Shown here piece after piece: positions 29,237 through 38,805 of a stretch of DNA of 64,000 nucleotides. Below the pieces are notes generated by a model. The model was not told where the DNA came from, did not search any database, and saw only the letters and a list, made by a program, of their open reading frames with translations. The position numbers were made by a program, and so were the translations under genes. How positions within the stretch are numbered: the stretch's first letter is position 1; the number at the start of each line of letters is the position of its first letter. Source of the stretch: Marinicella sp. (lineage in GTDB: Bacteria; Pseudomonadota; Gammaproteobacteria; Xanthomonadales; Marinicellaceae). Location of the stretch: positions 3,296,001-3,360,000 of the forward strand of contig OZ246001.1 in assembly GCA_965230295.1 (NCBI GenBank). Reading direction: 5' to 3'.

Positions 29237-30805
29237 TTATTCAGATTCAAAATTGGTTTTGATGTAGTGGTTTAACAGGCGTATGCCAAATGATGATGAA
29301 CCAGGAGATGCTTTTAGTGGCGCCTCTTTGTCTCCCCAAGCCACCCCAGCAATGTCAAAATGAACCCAAGGGGTGCTATCTCTTACAAAGGTTCCAATGA
29401 AGGCAGCTCCGGCACTGGCACCAGGCGCATCAGGCCCTGAATTCATCACATCGGCCACTTTATTTTCAATGGCCTTGAAGTGGTTGTCATTCAATGGTAA
29501 CTGCCACACTTCTTCGCCACTTTCTTTGCCGGCTTTGATGAAATTGGCCACCAATTCATCATGACGGGTAAGCAAGCCCGCATAATCCTTGCCAAGAGCA
29601 CGTCCAACAGAACCCGTTAAAGTGGCTAAATCTACCAGCAGGGCAGGGTCGTATTTCACATCGCCATAATGAATGCCGTCGGCCAATACCAGTCGACCCT
29701 CAGCATCTGTGGAACGGATTTGGATGGTTTTGCCAGACATGGAAGTGACCACATCACCTGGACGTTGAGCGTTGGCTCCGGGCATATTTTCAGCCAATGC
29801 TGCGATGCCAACTGCGTTGACTTTGGCCTCACGCCCAGCCAAGGCATAGATGGTGCCGATGGTGCTGGCAGCACCTGACATGTCAAATTTCATGTTCCAC
29901 ATGTTGGGTGGGTTCTTTAAACTGATGCCACCGGTGTCAAAAGTGATGCCTTTACCAACAATGACAACGGGTGCATCACCTTTGCTGCCACCCATGTACT
30001 CAACGACCATCAAACGAGGAGGCCGTTGACTGCCACGTCCAACACCATAGAGCGCCCCCATGTTTTGTTGCAAAATGGCTTTTTCATCGTAAACTTTCAC
30101 AGTTAAGTTTTTCAGGCCTTTCAAGTGTTTGTTCCATTGAGAAACGAAACTTTCCGGGTAAATCACATTGGCCGGTTCATTGGACATGTTTCTGGCCAGC
30201 CAAACAGCGTTGGCAACGGGCTCAAGTTCATTGTTATAAAATTGTTCTGTTTTTGTGGCATTCTCGGAAACCAAGGTGAGATCAGACTGGCTTTTGTGGC
30301 GATCACTGTCGCTGTAATATTTGTCAAAATAATAACTTCCCAGTTTGGCCCCAAAAGCCAAATGGGCCATGATCTCTGAATTGTGTTCTGTATCAAAAAC
30401 CAGGGTGGGTACAGTTTTGAATGCTTTGATGGAGGCTTGTACAGCATCTCCAGCTATTTCTTGCCACTGTCGATTGGTTTTGCCCTCATCGCTGTTACCT
30501 AAACCAACCAACAGGATTTGTTCATAGCCAGATCCCATGGGTGCTGTAATGACTTGAGTTTTCATCATTTCAGCTGTAAATCCAGTGGCTTTGATGGCAT
30601 GGCTTAAAGCACCTTGGTTAGAGCTGTCTATGCTTGTGCCATGGGTGCCCAAAACACCATCTTCATAGACTCCTAACACCAAATTTCCTGCATCGGGCAA
30701 AGTTTCAGTGAAGTTGATTTTTGTGAAAGATGGGTCAGTTGCTGCAACAAGGGTGTTGGTTGTGATCAGCAATAAACTGATCAGAAATAGTGATCTGATG
30801 TTCAT
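29237..30805 (-). CDS. Leucyl aminopeptidase (M17) with N-terminal signal peptide
   Basis: VGKGITFDTGG, MKFDM, TDAEGRLVLAD, DLATLTG, WVHFDIAG. Confidence 0.92.
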   Translation of the reverse strand: MNIRSLFLISLLLITTNTLVAATDPSFTKINFTETLPDAGNLVLGVYEDGVLGTHGTSIDSSNQGALSHAIKATGFTAEMMKTQVITAPMGSGYEQILLVGLGNSDEGKTNRQWQEIAGDAVQASIKAFKTVPTLVFDTEHNSEIMAHLAFGAKLGSYYFDKYYSDSDRHKSQSDLTLVSENATKTEQFYNNELEPVANAVWLARNMSNEPANVIYPESFVSQWNKHLKGLKNLTVKVYDEKAILQQNMGALYGVGRGSQRPPRLMVVEYMGGSKGDAPVVIVGKGITFDTGGISLKNPPNMWNMKFDMSGAASTIGTIYALAGREAKVNAVGIAALAENMPGANAQRPGDVVTSMSGKTIQIRSTDAEGRLVLADGIHYGDVKYDPALLVDLATLTGSVGRALGKDYAGLLTRHDELVANFIKAGKESGEEVWQLPLNDNHFKAIENKVADVMNSGPDAPGASAGAAFIGTFVRDSTPWVHFDIAGVAWGDKEAPLKASPGSSSFGIRLLNHYIKTNFESE

Positions 30806-31060
30806 GATTTGAGGGGGTCCTGTTATTAATAAATGTCAGAAAATAATTTGAAATTACCTGTTAAATTGGCAGTTATTCTAATATCTAATCAATCAAAATT
30901 GCGTAGAAAATTTGTTATGTATGGGAAATGCACTGCCCGTGTTTGTTTGTACGAGGTGTTTTGAGAAGAGATTAAATCATGCCGGCGAACCAACCAATGA
31001 CACATTCGGCCACCCTTCAATCAATTTTTACGCAGTTGTTGTTATTATCAGGAGATGATG

Positions 31061-31540
31061 TCATTTTTGTTTGCTCAACCAACGCATTTGTAAAATGAGC
31101 ATGATCAAAAACACCACAAAGATGCCTAGAAATGTCTTATGTAACAGGGGGTCTTTTAAAGAGGATACCATGGGTGTATCCACAGGAAAACGGGTCAGAA
31201 TTTCTGTGGATGTTGGGATTAAGTGGAATAAGATGGTACTGGAATAACACAAGGCCATAAAATATTTGTTCCAGGATTTTAAGAAAACAGTTTTTTCGGT
31301 GATGACTCCAACAACAACGGCCAATAAAGTCAGGATACCCAAACCATGAGCCACATTAAAGCCACCATGCTTGAAAATAGTCAGAGATGAGGCTGCTGTG
31401 ATAACCGTAGCCCAGAGGTAAATTTTTCCGGTTAGCGGTTGAAAACTGATCTGTTTGTTTTGCCACAGTATTTTAAAACCACTGATCAAAGCGACTATGC
31501 CGACGACGGTATGCAAGATACCCATGTTGCTGAGTTCCAT
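31061..31540 (-). CDS. Hypothetical membrane protein (DUF2306-like)
   Basis: GILHT..G, GKIY, HGGFNVAH; 5 TM; start MELSNM with GGGG RBS. Confidence 0.7.
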   Translation of the reverse strand: MELSNMGILHTVVGIVALISGFKILWQNKQISFQPLTGKIYLWATVITAASSLTIFKHGGFNVAHGLGILTLLAVVVGVITEKTVFLKSWNKYFMALCYSSTILFHLIPTSTEILTRFPVDTPMVSSLKDPLLHKTFLGIFVVFLIMLILQMRWLSKQK

Positions 31541-31745
31541 ATGATGCCCCTGTATCTGTGTTGGTAATGAATGTACCATCAGTGTATCTAACTAACCATT
31601 TGTTAACAATCTTTATTGTCATCATCAAGTTGGTCAGGATCTGTGGGCATAATTTGAAACGATTGATCCTTGAAGTATGTTTGGCATGATTATGTTTCAA
31701 ATGTAATTCACTTGGACAGTCAAAAACCTGTTTTATTGCTTTGGG

Positions 31746-32177
31746 TTACTCCCTTATCTCTGGATCTGTAGGGGCTTGATTGCGTTTTGCCAATTCTTGA
31801 CTGACCAATGATTTCTCCTTAATGGATAAAGTTTTGTAACCTCTGAAGTAAGGCCATCCATAAGCCCAGCGGAATCGGGTAGGCAAATAAGGTGTCCCTC
31901 CCACCCGGACACCAGCAAGCATCAATTCAGCAATCATCGGTTTACCCACTTTTGCCACACAAGTTTTTAGGTCTTGGTCTGCTTGATTTCTTTGCTCTGC
32001 GCTGCCGCCTTGCCAATAAGCCAAATCATGTTGAACACAACAGTTTAGCCACAGCTCATTGTCAGCCAAAGTACCATCAGGAAAAGCACTACACCCATCA
32101 GACTCAAATGGCTTGAGGTCTCCAGCTGCAGCCAGTTCCAATATCAACATGAACCACAGAAATATCACTGCTCTCAT
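31746..32177 (-). CDS. Secreted phospholipase A2-like protein
   Basis: Signal peptide; DGCS and CCVQHDLAY (His-Asp) followed by ADQDL, a prokaryotic PLA2-like pattern. Confidence 0.65.
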   Translation of the reverse strand: MRAVIFLWFMLILELAAAGDLKPFESDGCSAFPDGTLADNELWLNCCVQHDLAYWQGGSAEQRNQADQDLKTCVAKVGKPMIAELMLAGVRVGGTPYLPTRFRWAYGWPYFRGYKTLSIKEKSLVSQELAKRNQAPTDPEIRE

Positions 32178-32207
32178 TCCATCAATTAAACAAGAAAAGG
32201 GTTGATT

Positions 32208-33308
32208 TTACAACTGTTCAATCAAGCCGAGTGCATCAGGTAGTCCTAAATAAGCTGACACCAATAACAACGCCAATGCGGCAAGTAAACCCAGCAAAAT
32301 CAGCAGTTTCAATGGGTGACTGATGAACCTCATCATGCTTGGTTGCCATTTTTTTTGCCCGGACCTGATCGCCGGAATAGGATTTGCTGCGGTTAAAAAC
32401 TTCTTCCAAACATTGGGGAAAATTGAATTCAGGTTTTCAGCCTCGAAATAACTGCTGTGACCGTAATCCTTTTCTTGGTGGTGGTGCACATGGATGGTAT
32501 CGTTGAACCCGATTTTACCTGAGGGTCCAGAACCAGGGATGGTGTAATGTGCCAACGGCACGATGTGGTCTTTTTTAGAGTGGTGGCACATGACCTGTTC
32601 CACCCTTTTTGACTGGATGATGGATTGCCAATCATAATCAGGTCTGATGATTGAGCCAACCAAAATGATGCGGCCCAGTTTGATGTCCTGGTAAGATGGG
32701 TCTTTGATGATTTCACTCAACAAAAATGTACCATAACTGTGGGCGACGACATCAGGCTTACCTTCAGGAGCCTGCTTTTGTATTGCCCTGATGGCTGTTG
32801 CCAATTGTTTGATTTGTTTCTTTTGGCTCAACAACAACAGCGGCTTAATTTTGATGTTGCCGTATTTGTAAATATAGACTGGGACAGCATGTTTGTAATG
32901 GTTGGCCAGCAACCAACTGAATTCTTGTTGCCAGGTACCAACCGTGTTCATGCCATGTACCACAAGCATCCAGTTTATGTCTCTGGTTTTGGCTTTAATG
33001 ACAACATAAACCGGGAGATTTTCAACCTCTAAATCTTGATCATCGCCACAATGAACACATGTGTTATTGGATTTGCTTTCTTCATTGACCAGCTGTTTAC
33101 AGTGGAAGCAGTACTCTTGTGTTTGTAATTGAAGTAAACCGGCGTCGACCATCATGGTTAATGCAAAATCCAAGTGTGGTTCAAGCATTCCTGTTAGTTG
33201 ACTGATTTTAGCGGATGTATAAACCCCGGTACCTGCTTGCTTATACCAATTTTTTAAAGTGGAGGCTGGCTGATTAAGCCCTGATTCTATTTCTTGCCAA
33301 ACAGTCAT
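32208..33308 (-). CDS. Zn-ribbon + alpha/beta hydrolase + C-terminal TM protein
   Basis: CFHC/CVHC, VHGMNT oxyanion loop, AHSYG nucleophile, KDHIV Asp, GHSSYF His, hydrophobic C-terminal helix. Confidence 0.8.
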   Translation of the reverse strand: MTVWQEIESGLNQPASTLKNWYKQAGTGVYTSAKISQLTGMLEPHLDFALTMMVDAGLLQLQTQEYCFHCKQLVNEESKSNNTCVHCGDDQDLEVENLPVYVVIKAKTRDINWMLVVHGMNTVGTWQQEFSWLLANHYKHAVPVYIYKYGNIKIKPLLLLSQKKQIKQLATAIRAIQKQAPEGKPDVVAHSYGTFLLSEIIKDPSYQDIKLGRIILVGSIIRPDYDWQSIIQSKRVEQVMCHHSKKDHIVPLAHYTIPGSGPSGKIGFNDTIHVHHHQEKDYGHSSYFEAENLNSIFPNVWKKFLTAANPIPAIRSGQKKWQPSMMRFISHPLKLLILLGLLAALALLLVSAYLGLPDALGLIEQL

Positions 33309-33318
33309 GTCAATGACC

Positions 33319-34365
33319 TCATAAACCGGCCAAGTAATGGATGATTTTTTTCATTTCTTTGGCTGACATTCTGGCTTTGAAATAAAACTTATTGCTGAGT
33401 GCTGAAGCTGACATCTGGATGGTTCTTGGTTGGTTGTTGGGGCCGTTCAGGTGTATGTTGAAGTGTCCACTTTCACCTTCAAAAGCTTCTTCATTCATGG
33501 CTCTTCTGACGTGGCGGATACTTTCAACCTGTTTAAAACCACTGATGTGTTTACTGGCAGTGAATTCAATGGCGGCACCATCAGTTGAAAATTTGGTGCT
33601 GTGAGCCTCTAAATCAATGGGTTGGTCTTGATCAAGCAGGTCCAGGTTATCTAACTTTTTAATCGTATTTGCCAGGTCTTTGACAGAGACAGTTTGTAAG
33701 CCGAACAAATCTGTCATTAAATCTTCTGCGGCTGTCAGTGCCAGTCTGTGATCTTTACCCAGTGGTAACTGTATGAACAAAGCCGCTACATGGAATTTTG
33801 GTTGGAACAGAAACCTCATCACGTTTCTTGATGGTGTTATTCTGAATGCTCGAAACTCATACCAGTCCCCATCAATTTCTCGTTCATCAGGATCATGGCT
33901 GGGTGTGCGCAAACGGTCAGTTGATTTTTGCCGCCAGATGACTTCAAGGCCATCTTTGTTGACCAGGCACTGTTGTAACTGCATGTGATCAGGGAAGGTG
34001 AATGTGGCTTTTTGATTCAGGTAGGAGTGAAAATTTGAATCGTTTACCAGTGTTTTGAGCCTGTTTTCTGAATCAGTTTGGTATTGATGAAACAAGGTAG
34101 AAGGCATGTCATAAAAATAAATGTGCTGCTTACCCCAACCTTCAACTTGACCAATCCATTCATCCAGTTCATTGATTGAAATGAGGTTGTTTGATAAGGC
34201 ATCAGATAAATTTTTGAGGCTGTTGGATTTGGTATTGCCAATGTTAATTGGAAGGCCTGCTTGCTTTTTTTCTCGCAAAAACGATCTGATAAACACCACG
34301 CCTTGCGCTTTGACTATTGCCAATGCATTGTTTATTTGTTTGCGTGATTCGCCCCCAGTGTTCAT
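33319..34365 (-). CDS. Hypothetical protein (possible N-terminal HeH/SAP-like motif)
   Basis: 348-aa ORF; its stop codon overlaps the GAGG RBS of the hydrolase gene; no recognisable catalytic motif. Confidence 0.75.
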   Translation of the reverse strand: MNTGGESRKQINNALAIVKAQGVVFIRSFLREKKQAGLPINIGNTKSNSLKNLSDALSNNLISINELDEWIGQVEGWGKQHIYFYDMPSTLFHQYQTDSENRLKTLVNDSNFHSYLNQKATFTFPDHMQLQQCLVNKDGLEVIWRQKSTDRLRTPSHDPDEREIDGDWYEFRAFRITPSRNVMRFLFQPKFHVAALFIQLPLGKDHRLALTAAEDLMTDLFGLQTVSVKDLANTIKKLDNLDLLDQDQPIDLEAHSTKFSTDGAAIEFTASKHISGFKQVESIRHVRRAMNEEAFEGESGHFNIHLNGPNNQPRTIQMSASALSNKFYFKARMSAKEMKKIIHYLAGL

Positions 34366-34649
34366 TTAATATTTGTTTTTTTGCATAAGGTTAACATGAT
34401 AATTTATAGCTGTGTTTCAAAACAATGCCCAATGCTCATTTTGTGAAAACTAAATGACTGAATGTTGCCTTTAAAATTTGTGACAAACTAACAAATTCAG
34501 CAATGCTTTTTATGTGGAAAACCGGGTTAAATAAATGCAATTGTGTTTTTATTATTGGGGTGTTTGGTGCCCTAAAAAAATCACAGTTGTTCACATGTTC
34601 TTAAGGTAAGGGGTGTTAGCATAAGGCTTTTTTTAATGTGACTTGAATC

Positions 34650-36854
34650 ATGAAAAAACTGCTTAAATGGTTGCTGGGTTTGGTTGTTGTTTTGGTGTTG
34701 TTGGTGGTGTTGGCCATCATTCTTTTGCCTTTGGTATTTGATCCCAATGAACACAAACCACGGATTCAACAAATGGCTGCAGAAAGCATTGGGCGAGAAG
34801 TGGTTCTTAACGGGGCCATTGAATGGTCCGTTTTTCCTTGGGTTGCCATCAATTTAAATGATGTTTCAATTGCCAATGAATCCGGGTTTAAAGGTGAATA
34901 TTTGGCTTCTGTGGCGCAGGTGTCTGCTCGGGTTAAACTGTTACCTTTGCTGAAGAAGCAAATCCAGGTGGGCCAAATTGAGCTCAAAAAGCCGGATATT
35001 AAATTACAAGTGGCTCAATCCGGTAACAGCAATTGGCAATCGATTTTGGATTATTTGGAGCAGGGTAGTGAATCACCTTCATCAGAATCAGGCTCTACGG
35101 ACTTAGAGATACGAGGCGTCAGCTTGACTGACGGTATATTGACTTACACGGATGCTGCGGCTGACCTGCAAATCAATATGGATGGTTTGTCTTTCTTCAG
35201 TGAAGCCATCAAAGCCGATACCCCAACTCAAATGTCTTTACAAAGTGGTCTGAACATACCTGATCAAGAGTTGGCGGGGCAATTAAGCGCTGAATGGCTC
35301 ACCGAGGGTATTACCGGCAATGGCGGTCTTGAGCTGTTGTTTGATCAACTGGCATTCAATGGTCAATCTGCAGGTGTACCTATTAAGATAGTGAACAAAG
35401 GACCTGCTGCTGTTGATTTGGCACAAGATTCGTTGTCTTTTGATGACATGACAATCAATTATGGTGTCTTGAAGATCAATACACCCATCAGTGGAAGAGA
35501 CTTATCGGGTCAACTGGTGCTCAATGGTCAAATGAATATTGATGAATTCGCTTTGAATGAATTATTGACCAGTATGGGTTCACCATTGAAAAACCAAGCC
35601 AACAATGAAATGTCAGGACAACTGGCATGGTCATTGGTTGGTGACCGGCTGCAATTTAGCAACATTGCACTGAAGTTAGATGATTCAAACATATCGGGTG
35701 ATGTGGATATCCGCCAGTTAAGCCAGCTTAGAGGTCAGTTTAACTTGGGTATTGATCAATTGAATCTGGATCTCTACCTACCTGAATCGGAGGATCAAGC
35801 CAAATCTTCATCAAACGAAACATCTACAACCATGAACTTGGGTCAATTGCAGGGCCAAATAACAATGAACCAATTACAAGCGGCAGGAGTTCAACTCAGC
35901 GACATCACCTTGAACATCAGAACAGAAGGTGAAGCATTGACGGTCGAACCTTTGAATGCCGGTTTTTATCAGGGGTTGATCAAAACAGAATTGCATTTGC
36001 AGCCCGGTAAAGCCACAGAGAAACTACAAATCAGCCACCAAATGCAAGATTTTCAAGCTGGTGGCTTGCTGACCGATTTAATGGGTACAGATTATTTAAC
36101 AGGATTGGGGCAATTGAGTGCGGACATCCGAGTAGATGAACCATTCAGTGAACGACCCTTAAAATCTGCCAATGGCAACATCAGTTATCAATTGACCGAT
36201 GGTGACATTGTGGGAATTGATGTTTTTGAAATCATGCAAAGAAGCCTGAGTTTAATGAACAAAGTAGAAGCAGCACAAAGCAATTCAGAATTAAAAACAG
36301 CCTTTGGGTTGATGGACATTCAAGCCGATGTGAGAAATGGTGTATTAAAAACCAACAAACTGCGACTGACTTCTCCTTATTTTGATTTGAAAGGTCAGGT
36401 AGAAATTGATTTGGATCAACAAACCATCAAAGGCAGTATCAAGCCTATGTTAACCAATATTCCTGATGATGTACTTGATAAAAACTTAGCCAAGTTAATC
36501 AACATTCGCATCCCTGTCAGTTTGTCTGGTGATTTATTGGAACCAGGTGTATCTATTGACGTGGCACAATTGATTCTTGAATCTCAAAAAGCCAAGATTG
36601 ATGAGAAAAAAGATGAACTGAAAGAAGACCTTTTTGATGCTTTGCTTGGCAACAAAAAAGACAAGAAAGAGACAAGGCCAGATAACGAGCAATCGAATGC
36701 AGTAGATCAACAGCCTGAAATGACTGATGAACAAAAAAAACGTGCAGAGAAAGACCGCCGCAAGAAAGCGTTGTTAGAAGGTTTGTTCAATTCTATCAAT
36801 GACAAGAATGAAGACAAGGGTGATCAAAAAGATGACAGCGATGGTGATAATTAA
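34650..36854 (+). CDS. asmA: AsmA family protein
   Basis: N-terminal TM, FDPNEHKP, GREV.LNG.I.WSVFP, beta-taco repeats. Confidence 0.88.
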   Translation: MKKLLKWLLGLVVVLVLLVVLAIILLPLVFDPNEHKPRIQQMAAESIGREVVLNGAIEWSVFPWVAINLNDVSIANESGFKGEYLASVAQVSARVKLLPLLKKQIQVGQIELKKPDIKLQVAQSGNSNWQSILDYLEQGSESPSSESGSTDLEIRGVSLTDGILTYTDAAADLQINMDGLSFFSEAIKADTPTQMSLQSGLNIPDQELAGQLSAEWLTEGITGNGGLELLFDQLAFNGQSAGVPIKIVNKGPAAVDLAQDSLSFDDMTINYGVLKINTPISGRDLSGQLVLNGQMNIDEFALNELLTSMGSPLKNQANNEMSGQLAWSLVGDRLQFSNIALKLDDSNISGDVDIRQLSQLRGQFNLGIDQLNLDLYLPESEDQAKSSSNETSTTMNLGQLQGQITMNQLQAAGVQLSDITLNIRTEGEALTVEPLNAGFYQGLIKTELHLQPGKATEKLQISHQMQDFQAGGLLTDLMGTDYLTGLGQLSADIRVDEPFSERPLKSANGNISYQLTDGDIVGIDVFEIMQRSLSLMNKVEAAQSNSELKTAFGLMDIQADVRNGVLKTNKLRLTSPYFDLKGQVEIDLDQQTIKGSIKPMLTNIPDDVLDKNLAKLINIRIPVSLSGDLLEPGVSIDVAQLILESQKAKIDEKKDELKEDLFDALLGNKKDKKETRPDNEQSNAVDQQPEMTDEQKKRAEKDRRKKALLEGLFNSINDKNEDKGDQKDDSDGDN

Positions 36855-36888
36855 CAAAGTAATTAAAATTGCCCGAATATGAAAATAC

Positions 36889-36920
36889 CGTCATCCTCGG
36901 GCTTGACCCGGGGATCCATT
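36889..36920 (+). repeat. CGTC-type palindromic repeat (REP-like), left
   Basis: CGTCATCCTCGGGCTTGACCCGGGGATCCATT; exact reverse complement at 37343-37374. Confidence 0.9.
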
Positions 36921-36941
36921 TTAATCGAATGAATTTGAAAA

Positions 36942-37210
36942 TTAACGTTCTGGCATTTGTTCAATATATTTTTCAGTTAACTCAACATTATTAATCCAGT
37001 TTACTGTTAGTTTTATTAGTATTTTTAGGTCTGATATCTTTCATCTTCCCACTTTCTGGTATAGTGGGTTTCGTCATTTCCTAGCCATGCGGCCCTCTTT
37101 GAACATTGTTTTACATTGGGGTCATCAACATAGCTATCTATACACCTTCCTAATAGCAAATTCCTGATTTCATTTTCTTTATCTGGGTGTTTCTGTATTA
37201 GGAAATCTTT
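36942..37210 (-). pseudogene. Truncated, frameshifted fragment of a DUF4145-like protein
   Basis: Manual translation: KDFLIQKHPDKENEIRNLLLGRCIDSYVDDPNVKQCSKRAAWLGNDETHYTRKWED, frameshift near 37040, then ISDLKILIKLTVNWINNVELTEKYIEQMPER*; no start codon. Confidence 0.7.
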
Positions 37211-37342
37211 TCTTGCTTGTTAATTACAGGAGTCATGTTTTAATTCATATATTTCTCTACTATTCACGTGTGAACTTGTATTTATATAGATTCCTAGAAA
37301 GTGAATTAATCATTTAAAATTGAGATTATTGAAAGCCCCTTC

Positions 37343-37374
37343 AATGGATCCCCGGGTCAAGCCCGAGGATGACG
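37343..37374 (-). repeat. CGTC-type palindromic repeat (REP-like), right, inverted
   Basis: AATGGATCCCCGGGTCAAGCCCGAGGATGACG is the reverse complement of 36889-36920. Confidence 0.9.
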
Positions 37375-37628
37375 ACTGTGTGTTTTAATAAGGTATATCC
37401 AAGGGCATGACTTGCTACCTCGAACTTACATTTTTTGGCTCAGCATGGCTTCGCAAATCGAGTCCGCAAGTCTAACTGTCCGACAGTTCTCCGTCATAAT
37501 TACTACAAAGATTATTTTTCTGCAAAGTAGCTGTTTTTTGAATAATAAATGATGTATTTATTTAGATTATGAAACTAAGTTAACAAGCGCTTTGTCAAAA
37601 TCAAATTCATTTCCAAATTAAGTACAAC

Positions 37629-38360
37629 ATGCGTCAAATCTGTTTGCAAATTATTTGCTTGTTATCAATGAGCTTCGATTCCATAGCTGAAGTGGATAAA
37701 AAGCGCTACTCTGCCGCCAATACCATTACTTTTAAAAATCCTTCAGTCACCAAGGATTTTGTCGGCAGTGGTTTTTTGCTCTCATACAATGAAAAAACCT
37801 ATGCAGTGACTGCCAAACATGTGCTATTGGAAACCATGGACCAAGGCATCAGTCATGTGTATTTGGGTGAGCACATCGAAAAATGGCACCTGAGGCCATT
37901 CAATGAAGACACAGGTGTCGTTGAACTGGGTCGCCTGATCAATACCAACCCCAAAGAACCTGTGGGGATGGCTTCCTTACAAAACGACTGGTTGTTGTTT
38001 GAGGTTTCTGCCAACTACTCTAACTTAAAACCACTGAAGGTGGCCGATCATGTACCGGATGCAGACGATGAAATATCAGTTCATGGATGCAATTACAGCA
38101 ATCAAGACACCTGCCAACAGGAGCGTTTGTCTGGCAAGTATGTCAAATCGACTGAGGTCAACCTGTTAATCAAACTTGAAACGCAGGATATGGGGCAACT
38201 GAGGGGCTTGAGTGGCGCACCTGTACTCAACACCAATGATGAGGTCATTGGTATCGTGTCCAATGTCATTCCTGATCAGGATCGAGGTGGGGTGTATTTT
38301 GCGCCGTTCACGATCCAGCCTGTTATTGAGTTCCTCAAGAAGCTGGATTCTCAAAGTTGA
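37629..38360 (+). CDS. Secreted trypsin-like serine protease
   Basis: Signal peptide; GSGF, VTAKHV, NDW, GLSGAPV motifs. Confidence 0.85.
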   Translation: MRQICLQIICLLSMSFDSIAEVDKKRYSAANTITFKNPSVTKDFVGSGFLLSYNEKTYAVTAKHVLLETMDQGISHVYLGEHIEKWHLRPFNEDTGVVELGRLINTNPKEPVGMASLQNDWLLFEVSANYSNLKPLKVADHVPDADDEISVHGCNYSNQDTCQQERLSGKYVKSTEVNLLIKLETQDMGQLRGLSGAPVLNTNDEVIGIVSNVIPDQDRGGVYFAPFTIQPVIEFLKKLDSQS

Positions 38361-38365
38361 GCAAT

Positions 38366-38784
38366 GGAAAGCTGCTGAGCAGCTTGACCCGCCGAGCCGG
38401 TTGGGCAAATCATGCAATCATGGCGGTTTTGCAAAGCAAAGAAGCCTTATGTGAATGGCGTTATAGCACAGGCAATGAAAGTTGGGCGGTTTTATCGAAG
38501 ATAAAGAAGCCCGATTTGAATGCCGCAGTGCGTGCGAGGTAGCAAGTTATGTTCGCCGTGGTCGTTTTCACTTTTGTCTGGAACAGACATGCAGTGCGAA
38601 GCAACTGCTCAGACAATAGTCTGTAAAGGTCGGTTTATTTGCGCAGCAAATATGAAGACCTGTCAGACCATGAACCAGAATGAAGACCTGTCAGACCATG
38701 AACCAGAATGAAGACCTGTCAGACCATGAACCAGAATGAAGACCTGTCAGACCATGAACCAGAATGAAGACCCAAGAACATTCC
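38366..38784. repeat. Modular branched-hairpin non-coding repeat, copy 2 (419 bp)
   Basis: Matches 10605-11138 with three substitutions, a 199-bp deletion and extra tandem units. Confidence 0.9.
38653..38772. repeat. Tandem repeat, 4 x 28 bp plus partial unit
   Basis: TGAAGACCTGTCAGACCATGAACCAGAA x4 followed by TGAAGACC; only one unit in copy 1. Confidence 0.95.
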
Positions 38785-38805
38785 TTTTGAATAGAGTCTG
38801 GATGT

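Noticed and set aside
29237-29270. Aminopeptidase C-terminus YIKTNFESE as a fourth IFKDGFD-type tail
   Set aside because: Poor match, and it is part of the normal M17 terminal helix
37420-37500. Possible tRNA remnant or attachment site
   Set aside because: No cloverleaf, T-loop consensus or CCA end on either strand
38653-38772. 28-bp repeats as a CRISPR array
   Set aside because: The units are head-to-tail with no spacers and there are no cas genes; it is a VNTR inside the structured element
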